Shown: piece after piece, positions 11,031 through 23,700 of the stretch
Layout: the number at the start of each line of letters is the position of its first letter
How positions within the stretch are numbered: the first letter of the stretch is position 1
Assembly: GCF_000002075.1 (NCBI RefSeq)
Contig: NW_004797342.1
Location: 757,062-821,061 of the forward strand
From: Aplysia californica
Taxonomy: Eukaryota
Direction: 5' to 3'
DNA length: 64,000 nt
The notes under the pieces: generated by a model
The model's input: the letters and a program-made list of their open reading frames with translations, nothing else
Database searches by the model: none
Told to the model about the DNA's origin: nothing
Translations under genes and position numbers: made by a program

Positions 11031-14000
11031 GGGAAAAATTAGGAGAATAAACATTAAAAAGAGGAACCGAAAACAAATTACTTTTAAAAAGAAAGTTTAT
11101 TTTCACTTCCACTTCACTTTGTCTCTTTGTCACTTGTTGACACCACGTTGATTTGTTATTTTCATGTGAAGAATATAAGTACATTACATTCTATAATTCT
11201 GCTGTTTCTCTTTTATTTTTTCCCTGTTTTTGGGGGTTTAATTTGTTGGTGAGGTAATTTTTTTGTTATTGTTCTGAGGTGTTGTTTTTTTTCTTTTATA
11301 TGTTGATATAGCGAAATGTAATTTAATCTGATGTTCCTACCTTTTTTTAATTTAGTGTATTATGTGAGAGCGTGTCTTCACCAAAGCCGAATACTGACAC
11401 TGGCAGGCCCGTTGAGTGTGATTCCATAATTTACATGTAATATTCTGTACTTTATCTTGAATTCCACACGCTTAGGGTTAAAATGGCCAATCTTCAGATA
11501 GGTGGACACATGCCCTTATTTATTAATTTTTGTGGTTGTTTATGTACTGCTCTAATTTTGATTTCATTCTATTGTGACACCTTTATTTTTCACGTTTTTA
11601 CACTCTGTGTGGCCACAAATGATATTCTGGATGCTTAAAACAGAGCACAAAAAATTCTGGTGCTTTAGATGAAGTTACCTATATCAACATATTGCTATAT
11701 GTCGTCACAGAGAGTTGAAAGCTTGAAAATTAATGGCAACTTTTATGGAATTTTTTTGCATTTTTGTGGCAACTTTTGGACAAAAAAAAAGGCAACAAAT
11801 GCAGATGCTAGATAATTGCATGCACATACATTCATCATTCCCAGAGGGAAATGTGGATAACAAAAAGCTACAGATCTAACACAACTGACCTGAAATTTAA
11901 TAACATAAAATCCCTCCGGATGCCACTCCAAACAAAATGAGATTCAAAAACCACTTCCGTGAAAGAACGCTGACAAACAATTATTAATCAAACCTTACAA
12001 GAAACACAGACTTCATGCACAATGTGTCATTTATTTTTTTTAAAACCACCCCAAAACACCCTTTAAACGTGAGAACTGTTACCTTGCGTGGATTCAACAT
12101 GTATGGATAAAAAAAAAATTGGTTAAATTTCTACATCCACAGAGGACTCAGCATGAGAAAAAAACGAAACAGGAAGAAAAAAACCCCTGGAGGAAATAAG
12201 AAAGAAATGAGGAGAGAAATGGATGGACATGAGATAAGGAAGAAACAAATTATTGGTTCTCCTTAGTGATTAACGCTACTATAAACACTCCGATTTTTTT
12301 TGAAATGCAGAAAGTTTCCAGCTTACCTTTATTTCCGTGTACAACTTTTAATGAACAGCCACTGGTTAGACAGTAAGCATGAAGCAAAGCCTAATCGGAC
12401 TTCACAGTAAAGATTTGTAATAAGTGAGCATATTTGCCACTTGGATATACCATAGGCTTCCAGGCATCCAAATGTACGAATCTTGAACAGGAAGATCCAA
12501 AGCAGTTGAAATTTTAACTCTTCAGGTGGCAGATAGAATGAAACCAGGAAGTTCTGGCAGTGGAACATTTTTCTAAGATTTTCATAAAACTAGGGCAGGT
12601 CAGAAAAACATTCATCAAAAGGTAACCTGTGAAGGTACAGACACAAAAGACCCATGAATATAATAAGAATAGATTACACAAGTGATGTGTGTTGACTGTA
12701 AAAAATGGAGCTACTCATTTTTTTAATTTGTTGATTCCAAAAATGTCTAATTTTCCTCTCCTCAATTACAGGGATCGAAATTTCATCTTCTACATCAAAT
12801 TCATTATAAATACAGTCCAGAAACTGCCCAATACTTTTATTAGATTCAGCAACAGACACACAAATCGACGTTGTCGCAGCCATACTTGCACGCGCTGAAA
12901 GAAAAGAAAACACTCAGGTTTGAATTACCTCGGAATTTCATTTTTTTATACGCTTCAGACCAAGGAAAATTTTGCAAACTGAGTTGTGCTTGCTGCTCAC
13001 AGGATAAAAACAGGTTGAAAAAAAGTGTTGCTTTTGGTGAAGTTAGATGAACGGCATTTGAAGTGATGAAACTGAGAACTTTGACAGACTTGTTCCTGTG
13101 CCAACTTCCATTGTCTAGGAAAAAACTTTTTACTTCACAGAAATGACATAATGACGATATCCCAAATTACGGCAACAATGCTCACATCAAACTCGGAAGT
13201 CACAGTAAATTATGTATTGTGCACTGAAGAAAAGAGATCAACCTTTCTGGATCCTTTGCAGCATCCATCTCTGTGGTTACAGATATGTGAATTCAGCTTT
13301 TCTAAAAGAAAACTCTGCAAAATAGTGGGAAAGGGAAGAAGGAAAGAACAATTTTTAACAAATCAGCCTTTTCTGTCAAAACAGTTGAAAAAAAATGCTT
13401 GTAAATAGAATAGAAAATCTTCAATTAAATATAAAAAACAAAAGACATTAGTGTAAAGAAAAGAAGCACTTTCCTTCCCTGAGAGTCATACAACACACCA
13501 TAACCAAATTTACAAGTTTCATGTTCTGGGCATATATTTAGACTGGGCTAAGGAAGACTCGAATAAATGACACCTGGGGGCTTGGTCTCACATAGTATCC
13601 TGAGCACCCAAGCCTTCCAATCCCCAGCAGACCAATATTTTTTTCCTCCCTCCTCTGACACTCTCTGTCATACACATGGAAGAATATAGCATAGTAACGT
13701 TTACCAAGTACACTAGTTATATTATGTAGGAAGTGTTGTAAAAATCAATTAACCAGAAAGAACATCGCTCAGATGGGAGCCTCAAAGAATCTCTAAACAT
13801 CCAATATAATATAAAAATATACCTCACAGATATTTGAAAGTAGGACATCCCAACAATCCAGTATTTTAGTCGTCACATATGCACATACATAAATATATAG
13901 ATACCTTAACACAAACTAAAATACAGTAGAAATTGTCATTAACCTACCCTGAATACAATAAACATTCAGCTGCAAAATAGATCAAACTTGGTCCCAAATC

Positions 14001-15501
14001 CACATGACTGTCTCCATTTTGAACCTTTATATGTAAAGCACTGGTACATTACTGTGTTGTGTTCACGACTTGAGTTTCACACTTTATTACACAACCTATG
14101 CCAGAACTCTCAAGATGTTCATTACGAGGATTAAAAAATTTAGGAGTTTTTCAACCCCATCACACAATTCAAATCATTTTAGAGGCTGGCTTTTACCCTG
14201 CCCGTCAGGGACAAAAAGACAGCAACTCAGCAGAAACATGGAGACATTCAATAAAACTCCTCCCCACATGAGAATCAAACTCAGGCCTTCACAGTTCGAT
14301 GATGAAGCATCTAACCGCTATATACAGAATATGTCAGCTTGTTCCATGGATGGCCTACATCTACACTGGGTTTTTCTTTAGAGTTGGGCATTACAAATTT
14401 GACCAAAAAGAGCAGATTCCAAAAATTATCTTACACAAAAGTGCGAAATCAACCAGTTCAAAACAATATTCCAAAAGTGCGGTAATCCACATGGGGTATT
14501 GGTGGAGTTTGTGCTGTCCATTTATGACTAAAACAGCTGCCACAACAGGAGCAGCTAACTCCGTCATGCCAACAAGGGATACTGGTCATCCATCAAATAA
14601 GCAAAGAAGAGGGTGTTGGCCATGAAAGCAACACAGACTTTTATGCACTCACAACTTTTTCATTGGCAATTAGGTTTCCTGTAAAGAAGTCGAGCATGAA
14701 CACAACATAGTATAATAGAGCTGTTTGTTTTTCCTAAACTTGGCAGTACATTATATCCATGTCCTTCTTCAAGCACACAGTCGCGCTGAATGACCCCTCC
14801 CCCACCATACCCCAAAAGAGTGTAAACTTTAATAAAGAAAATATAAAAAAAGAAAATTCAAGAAGTGAAGTCCAAATTAATTTTTCCCTAAATGATGCTG
14901 GCATCACAAAATGAGATGTCTCTATGTTTGCTCCTCATTTACATCTCAAACTGATACCAAAATTAGAGAAAAAGAGAAAAGTAGCTATCATATAGTGCAG
15001 CTGACCACAATGATACTTTTAAAAAAACATTGGAGAAACTATTCCTACAGATCTAGGTATTTCCAGAATGCTTATCAGACCAAAAGAACAAAACCCGTGA
15101 TAAGATTAAGAATGAGCAGGAAATAAGTATCCTAAAATGTATAGAAAAGTATTTCTATACTATTATTAAACACATGAGAAAAGAATAGAAAGTAATTGCA
15201 AACTTTTTTAAAATGATAGCAACTCCACTTTTCAGCCAGAAAGCTATTAAAAAGATAAGTAATAAAAATGTACCTCATCCCAGTTCCTGCTTCCTGTTTT
15301 GATTATATTATTGTAGGTAAAAATCAATACAGCGTTTGTGAAAAAACCCATTGCACATGGAATAGTGATTCACTTTTCCAACATGAAGCTTTTGAGAAAA
15401 GCATACCACACTGTCAAATTAAAGTCAAAATACCTGTCCATAACAAAATATGTAAGAAACTGTTCTCACAATTAAATAATAGAGAACGAGAAACACAGCC
15501 A

Positions 15502-15507
15502 TTTATT
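15502..15507 (-). terminator. Candidate poly(A) signal (AATAAA) for FBXL18
   Basis: Minus-strand AATAAA about 1.2 kb after the stop codon; alternatives at 14083-14088 and 12030-12035. Confidence 0.25.
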
Positions 15508-16675
15508 CAGTCACACAAGATTAAATGTTATAGATCGTCTTCAAATTGTCATAAATCACACAAAAATGTACTCTTCATATTCAAAACCTCATGGTTACTC
15601 ATTATCTTGGCTTTAATCATCCCTCCAAAAGGTATGAGTAGACTGTGAAAGGTTTGCAATTGGGACAACTTGGCTTAACGGCCAAACAATTCACCTTTTA
15701 AATTCAAAAACACCCGAACGCTGCAGAAAAAGAGACAGACTCACCTTTTAAAAAATCTCAAACCCTACAAAAGAGACAGAGATGAACCCAGAGGTAAAAC
15801 AAAGAGAGACCAACTCAGCCAAAAGCTATAATAAAAGACAGGCCCCCCAAAAAATACTAAAAGCTGCAGAAAAAGAGGCTTATCTACTAAAAGTATAGAA
15901 GCACTAATATAAGTGAAATAAAAAAAAAATATCAGCCTCAAGCTATCTTGGGAGTGACAAGATACAATAACGACCAACACTGAAGCCCGACAACCCAAAC
16001 TGTTTCCTCTGAGAAAAATTTGCCTGTTTCTTCTGCTTTTGTAGAGCTATGCGAGTGCCTGTATTTATCATAAATAACATAAAAAAGTAACTGCAAATCC
16101 CACATATCTCTTTGACCACAGACTATGTTGGCCCAACTGAGCAGCTTGATCAGACTAAAATGACAACCCAGGGAGCAAAGATTACATGTGATAGTTTACT
16201 GTCATGTGTCTTTGGCAGCCAGCATGTATTTTTCCCAATTATCACTTCCGCCCCCTGAGGGATTTACAAAGAGAAAGCTTGTTAGGTGCTGAAGTGCTAT
16301 CACTAACATATCTCCCCTTTGCTCAATCACCAAAATACCTGACCGAAGCATGGTGAAAAGGTAAGTATTTTTTGTTAGGGAACAATACTTCCCCTGACTG
16401 ACCAAGAAATAAACCAGTGGTTTTACAATTGTGAAGCCGGTATCTCTAATGCTAGACTAAAACACCAACCACCTACACTACACCCATTTTAGTGGGTAAT
16501 GGTGTTTTCCCTGAAGGAAAGTAGGGCATTTTTTTGGCCATTGACAACGGGGCCATTTTCAGCTACCGACATACAAGAGAGGCACAAAAGTGTGACGGGT
16601 GCCCCACACTTGTGACCGCACTGTGCACGATGGGTTTATCACAACAAAGCAAGAATCTGCCCCTACAGATTTTTA

Positions 16676-16835
16676 TCACAAAATGCTCCAGTCCTGAGGC
16701 CGAATGGACACTGTGGACTTGAGAATGGTCATCTCATCAATGTGCTGATCAGGGAGCTGTGCCGTCGCTTCTTGCAGACCTCCATTTAACAATGGGTAGA
16801 TGCAAACACTGATGGCTGGCCGGCTTTTCTTGTAT
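16676..16835 (-). CDS. FBXL18: FBXL18 exon 11 (last coding exon)
   Basis: Acceptor ttatctctctccag|; YKKSRPAISVCIYPLLNGGLQEATAQLPDQHIDEMTILKSTVSIRPQDWSIL then TGA TAA. Confidence 0.92.
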
Positions 16836-19800
16836 CTGGAGAGAGATAAAAGTATCAAATAATACAAGGCAGCTGTCCGGACCTCTACTCCCCCGACTCC
16901 ATGCACACAATTGTAAAATAAAATACTAAAATTACATCTCGGACAGATATTGTACGTAAATACAAATGAGCAAATATTAGCCCTTTCTGTGTTGAAGCAT
17001 TTCCGTTTACATTTCTACAGACAAGATAAAATGTCCATTCAAAAAACAATTAACAAAACCACCATAATACAGTATAGCACGGATAGCTCGAATTCGTTGG
17101 GACCGGCCTCGCTAGTTCGAGGGATCCGTAGTTCGAGGGATTCATGAACAGTGTTATGGCACTGGCTGTGCCAGATAATCAAGGGAAGCAACAAAGATTG
17201 GGTCGGAAAAGAAATTTTTCTTTTTTTGCCCATAGTCCAAGATCAGATAGTTTGGTCTAGAGTGGTGTAGCCCCTGCGCGTGCGCCTTCTCGGTGCGTGC
17301 ACTTTTGTTTTCCTTTGTTTTTAGCCTCAAATTGCGTTTTTGCGTTTGATTGAATGCGTCAGTGTGTGCAGCAGCCATTTTTGTTTACTTCCATCACTCG
17401 TTTGCCGACAAGGGATCATCGAGAGTGTTTTTATCAGCTGTGGCAAGTTGACATTCAACGCTGACCTGTGAACTAGTTTTTATGACCTATTTACCTCTGA
17501 TTGGTTCAAATAGACTGTGCGCGCCCCCTAGCTTAAAAAATGTGCCTACTCCTTCCTTGAGTGTTTCACGTGACCTTTTATCGAGNNNNNNNNNNNNNNN
17601 NNNNNNNNNNNNNNNNNNNNNNNNNNNNNNNNNNNNNNNNNNNNNNNNNNNNNNNNNNNNNNNNNNNNNNNNNNNNNNNNNNNNNNNNNNNNNNNNNNNN
17701 NNNNNNNNNNNNNNNNNNNNNNNNNNNNNNNNNNNNNNNNNNNNNNNNNNNNNNNNNNNNNNNNNNNNNNNNNNNNNNNNNNNNNNNNNNNNNNNNNNNN
17801 NNNNNNNNNNNNNNNNNNNNNNNNNNNNNNNNNNNNNNNNNNNNNNNNNNNNNNNNNNNNNNNNNNNNNNNNNNNNNNNNNNNNNNNNNNNNNNNNNNNN
17901 NNNNNNNNNNNNNNNNNNNNNNNNNNNNNNNNNNNNNNNNNNNNNNNNNNNNNNNNNNNNNNNNNNNNNNNNNNNNNNNNNNNNNNNNNNNNNNNNNNNN
18001 NNNNNNNNNNNNNNNNNNNNNNNNNNNNNNNNNNNNNNNNNNNNNNNNNNNNNNNNTGCACGCTCAGTGAAGACAACACCCTAGGTTGGAAAAACTGTTC
18101 GGCACACAACGTTTAAGAAATCTGGCGACTATGAGCAAGACCATTTTATAGGTCAATAGTTTCTTGAATGGAATAGCTAAAAATGAAAGTACAAAGCCGG
18201 AAATGGCGGAAAATACGTTCAACGATCGCGAAGTGCACGCGTACCGGCGACACCACTCTATGCCTATTGACTTAAATTTGAAATTTTAGAGAATTTGAAA
18301 AAGACCGATTGAGAACGAGAAACACGACGAACAACTCTTTCGAGTTCGATCGGTAATGAGCATACCAGTACCAAGACAGTTTAATTGCGCAGGTCAGTGT
18401 GAGCAGTCTTTAATCTGCACCAATCGAACGGCGCCTTTTCAAATTTTTCAAAATAAAAATAATTTGACAAGATAAGAATACCACAACAGTAATCAACAAC
18501 GCGATGACAAAACAAGGCAGCCCTACCCTGCCTCTCCCACCAAGCACACAGTCTTTTGCAAAGAGGGGTGGGGAGGCCGATCACTGGATGCACAACCCTT
18601 CCTCTCACCCGGTCCACACAAGCCTAGTTAGGCCTAGGACCTAGGCACGTGCAGAGGACACGCATGTCAAGCAGCGTGCTAAAAAAAGGCACAGCTGGCT
18701 GCTTCTGTGGAGGGGGGTGGGGTATTTTACCGACTTTGCCTTTTTCCGTTTCTTTTAATTATTAGGCCTATTATTATTTTGTCTCAAGTGCACCTCAAAG
18801 GACATTGACTTCAGATCTCTACGGCGGCGTAATTAGTTCGACAGTTCCGAGTTTCTGTTCCAGCTTTGCGTAATTTTTTTACAAAGATAAAGAAGAACAA
18901 AAGACGGGACCGCAGGCAGTTGACGAATGCATGATTTTGAGTAATCTGTGTTCGACCTATCCGGGTATATACTGTATATTTTCCATTAATAAGAAAACAA
19001 AACAGTCTAATACCCTCTATGAACTAGTACATAAAAATGACAGTAAACTAGTTATGGAGAGCACAAGTGAGTACATTTGTCTACATAGTAATGAAGAGGT
19101 TAAACAGGACAGTGACAAATGCAAAACAAAATGGAACACAATATGCCAAGCAGGAGCCAAGAAAGCCACTCTGGAACTTCGAAATAAAAAAGATGAACAC
19201 TTTTCAAGCTTCTGCTATAACTCTCAAGAATAAAAAAGATTTCACATCTCATGTAAGACTGAAGTTTCAGATGCATTAAATTGCCAGCAGAGTGCATATA
19301 CAGAAGATTATGTTGAACGCCGAAATTCATGTTGACATGAAAGAAAAGATTTTAAATCCCCATTTCCCCTTTTTTATTCTATGCACAGCATCATCCCTTA
19401 ACATAATAAAACATTCCAGTCTAGTAGATTTGGATAACACAAATGGATTTTGGATTGTTCCATCAATCTCTTCCCTTTCCTTTTTTTTTCTCTGCTCATA
19501 GTGGCCTACCATTGTCAATACACGTCACACAACAACCGTTCAATAGGCTTAGAGCCTGACGCACAAAACAAAGCCATTCTCTCAACACTTGTTGCACATG
19601 GGAAGTGAGAGGGAAGGAAAAACTTGAGATGAGATGCTGGGGAGCTGTTAACTGTCCTTAATTTAATGGGAACATCCAGTTCCTTTTTTTCCGATAATGT
19701 TTCTCGTACAATATGCAGCTTTGATTTACGAATTCATTAATAGGAGAGAAAACCATACGGTAAATAGTTACTACCTCCCTTGAATCTGATTCTCTGACAT

Positions 19801-20724
19801 TTAGGTATCCATCTGAGGTTGACAAATAATTTTTCAATTTCTAAAAGTCTTCATACACCAAGTCTAAAAGCCAATTAAAAAAACTATAACTATAACGTCC
19901 TTCCGCCATTTAAGAGACACGTCAAGCTGGCTTAACACCCGTGGAGGCAACAGACTACTCACCGGCCCATAAGGTACGCCTGCAAGCCTCGACACACACT
20001 GAGGGACCTTCCCGTGTACAGCTGAAAGCTGATCAGACTCCGGACCTGATGACATTGAGAGAGACATAGCTACAGACCATGACACAACCGAGCTGTTATT
20101 GCAGGTACACAAGTGTAACATGAGTGTGTGGGCGTGAATGTGTGTGGGCATGAGCATGCGCTCCAATGTTTGTTCAAGTCCAGTTATTCCATACCTAGAA
20201 AGAGGAAGGACAGTTAATCAAACTTTGGACAAACAACTATACGAACTAAGAAAAAAGAACCAGATACTGGCCCTAAGAAAAATTTCCAGCAACTCTGTCA
20301 TAAAAAAGTAAATCTCTGAAAAATGGTCAAATATTTAAAGATCCACTGACTGTAAAGCACCTACATTTACAGTTGCATATATATCCTACAAAATAGTGGA
20401 ACTAAATAAACGAACGCTGCTGAAATTCTAAAGAAACTTTGCAGTGTTAACTGCCGGCCTACCTGTTCAAAAAAGTCCTTGACTCCCTCAGTATCCATGG
20501 TCCCATTCTTGGCGATAATACAGACTCGCTCCAGTGTGGTGCACTTGGACATGGCAGACAGCATCATCTCATCCACCTTCATGTACGGGTGTTCTAACCT
20601 GCAACATGAAGGAGTTGACACAATTACACAAAGTGTAATCATTATGACCACAGGGGATGATCTATTCAATCAAAAAGTTTTCGTAGTAGAATGGTGACAG
20701 AAGCAGATTTTCAAGATAATCAAC

Positions 20725-20755
<31 letters not shown>

Positions 20756-23700
20756 CAAACATCCTGAATGATGAAATAAAACAGATTTTACTTACTACAT
20801 TTCTGATTTGTGACTATGGATGACAGTCCCGTTTAGTTTTTTTTTTAAAGTTTCAAAACAGATTAGCTCATATTTACAAAAAATAAAGAATTATTACAAA
20901 AATAATCATCAAAATATTCTTTAAAAAATTAAGTTTCAGTACAAATTTTAGGACACTTGCATCACAAATAGGTCATAAAAGTGTCGAAGATTGGAGGTAT
21001 TACTAGAGAGTAACATTCAAGGAAAAGAAGGAGGAGAGGTAAGGATGAAAGAAAAAAAGCAGAAAAATACACAAGAGTGCCCCCAAACCAAACACGTCTT
21101 TTTAAAAAGTAAATGAATCAAAAAGTAATGGCACTTGTAAAACGCAACAAGCTCTTACCTAAAGTCTCTGAGCTGTAAGAAGAAAGGGAAAGCAGCGAGG
21201 AGACCTCCCCTGTACAGGCAATGGGCTATCTGGCCAAGGCAGGCAATGGAGAGCTGCTCTAAGGACACACAACCTTTGGCTATTGCCAGAAGAGAGTGAC
21301 CCTGGTTTACCCCTGAAAAAAGTCATGGCAATAGATTTGTTAAACAAATCATTCGAGTAGAGAAAAACAAGTACATGGCCACAAAAAAGGTATTTCAAGA
21401 CTGGGAAAAAAGAAGAAAGGAAAAACAGAGATGGGGAACAGACATAGGACCTATGAAAAGAACCTTCTAAATATTGGCATCACCAGAAGAAAATAATAAA
21501 AACACTCACTAGAAATCACTACTGATCCAATCAAGTACCTTCAGCATCAACTAAACTTCTAGCACATTTTCATGGGCTGTGAAAAAACATAGACAAGGTA
21601 TGGAAAGCAGCACTTTGGACATCCCTGAAGCTCGGCAAGATCAATGCCAATCTGACCAGACTGAGTGACAATCTTCACAAGAGGTTACCAGCACAGTCTA
21701 ACAAAGCTACAGTTGACTTACGACAGTTTGCTGTTTCCAACTATCTCTGGGAAACAATTATGACCAACGCAATAGAAGATCATGATGGGACAGTTACATT
21801 TGACAGCAAAACAATAATGAACTTAAGGTTCGCTGATTGACAGATATAGTCTTGTTAGAAAGGACGAGGAAAAAGTCAACTTTGCGACATACTTGATAAA
21901 ATCTCCACAGTTTACAGCATGGAAATGACCAAAACCGTTATCAACAACGCAAACAGAATCAGTTGGATTCCAAGGGAAGAAGCTGGAAACTATAATGAGT
22001 TCCAAATGTCTCATGGCCCTCCAGATGTGCTGAGGCCGAGTACCATATCTCTTCAGGGTCACAAGGTCAGCTGGCTGATGCAGCTTCAGCTGTGCTGATT
22101 AAACTGTTTGGTACTTTCCAAAATAAACTTTAAGGTGAAGCGAGGTAGCCTATTCATAGTCATCATCTTTCCACAATTTTTTTAAAAACCTGGAAACGTT
22201 AGCTTCTCAGGTTATCTTGCAGTTACTTCTTGAAGTCCACCGTAATATATGGTCATTTGTTTTGACAAACAGTGAGAAAAATCAATAGGGCCTATATAAA
22301 AACACTGATACTCATCAAATACAGGGCTGCACATACCAGGTATTGAAGTGAGTTGTAGAGATCTTAAGTATTTCCATCGACCAATGCAGAGCAATTCCCC
22401 ATCACCAACTGTCAAGGAAAACATGCTGAAAAGAAAGACAAACATCCAGTTTCTGACAAAGAATTTGAATTCCAAGATGTCCATAAACAAAATAAACCAA
22501 TGAAGCAGTAAACTACAATGTAGGCATCAACAGGTGAAAAAGGAACTGGTTAAAACACTAATCTTTAATATTTACTTGAGCAGTCCATAATATTAACCCT
22601 GGATTTGCGCAGGCCCTATATAAAGGGCATGAGCCGGGCTACCCGGGAAGCGCTCAGGCCCTATATATAGGGCTGACCTACTTCGACCGGAAAACGCGCA
22701 GGCCCTAAATAAAGGGCATAGACGCTGACCTTTTTCAATGGAAAATTTCAGTATTCCTTATAAGGAAAATGACGTAGTAAATTACAGGTCAAAGTTATAA
22801 ATAGTGACCAATGACTATGCAAGTTATCTTGACCTCGTAGAGCGTCTCTTGGCCGAGATATCGATCGATAAAGTGACGCAGTCCAGCTGAGCGACTACAC
22901 GCTATGTGTTATCACTGGTTTCACCGTGCTGATGTACTAATGGTTGAGTTTATCGCCTTTTGTGCTTTGTTTTTATTTATTTGATCGCTTGTCGTTCAAA
23001 TTTTTGAATGGCTCATTCTATCAGCTTTAAGAAAAGATACGGTTTTATATGCCTTTTATCATCTGCTGAGCCGTAAATGGTCATTTTTCAGTAGGAGGTA
23101 TACATCTCTGGTATCTCAGCTAGTATCCTCCCGCCTAACCTCCATGTTTACAACTGATCGGCCGGAGCAGCGGGGCATTTTTGGCGGGTTACTTCCGATG
23201 AAACGCTGAGCGCTTCTAGGGTTAAGAACTGATATAATCACTACTCTCATTATAAAGATGCAAAGCTGTTGGCAAGTGATATACGACCTCAACAGAGATC
23301 AATGTTAGAATGTGAGAAGAGATGTCAGAAGATCACAACTTACCAGGGGCTGGAGGTGCAGGTTGTAGGGTGAACACCAAAGTACTTATTGAATGCAGAT
23401 CTAAAACCAGAACAATTAAGCTCAAAGTTCTCCATGTCTGGACAGCTTCGCACAAGTTTCTCTAGCTCCGGCACATACCCAGACTCTTCAGGATTGGCTG
23501 TTGTTGGTGAGGAAGATGGAGGTGATGAAGAAGATGCTAATGGATCATCTTGTGAGGTTGACGGGGAGTTTGAGCCTTGGAGTTGAGTCTGATACAATTA
23601 AAAAGAAAAAAAAAACCATAACTGAAAATTTCAACACTGCAAAAGATCAAAGAAACAATTTTTTAAGAAAACAGGTCTCATTTGGAAAGAAATATATTTC

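Noticed and set aside
11472-11480. Minus-strand TAACCCTAA resembling a telomerase RNA template
   Set aside because: I saw no pseudoknot or H/ACA domain nearby. A 9-mer is plausible by chance, and the site also reads as a lone AGGG|TTAA transposon end.
10904-11812. 12-bp perfect inverted repeat TCTAGCATCTGC about 900 bp apart
   Set aside because: Matches of this length at this distance are expected by chance in 64 kb; no TSD
16673-16678. TGA-TAA at the end of FBXL18 as a possible selenocysteine or readthrough site
   Set aside because: No Cys/Sec motif context and no evident SECIS element; an ordinary tandem stop
19864-20166. 100-aa ORF overlapping exon 10
   Set aside because: It is in a different frame from the FBXL18-homologous peptide and has no recognisable homology
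22607-22720. Regularly spaced palindromic repeats resembling a CRISPR mini-array
   Set aside because: Eukaryotic intron, only three units, no cas genes; explained as transposon subterminal repeats
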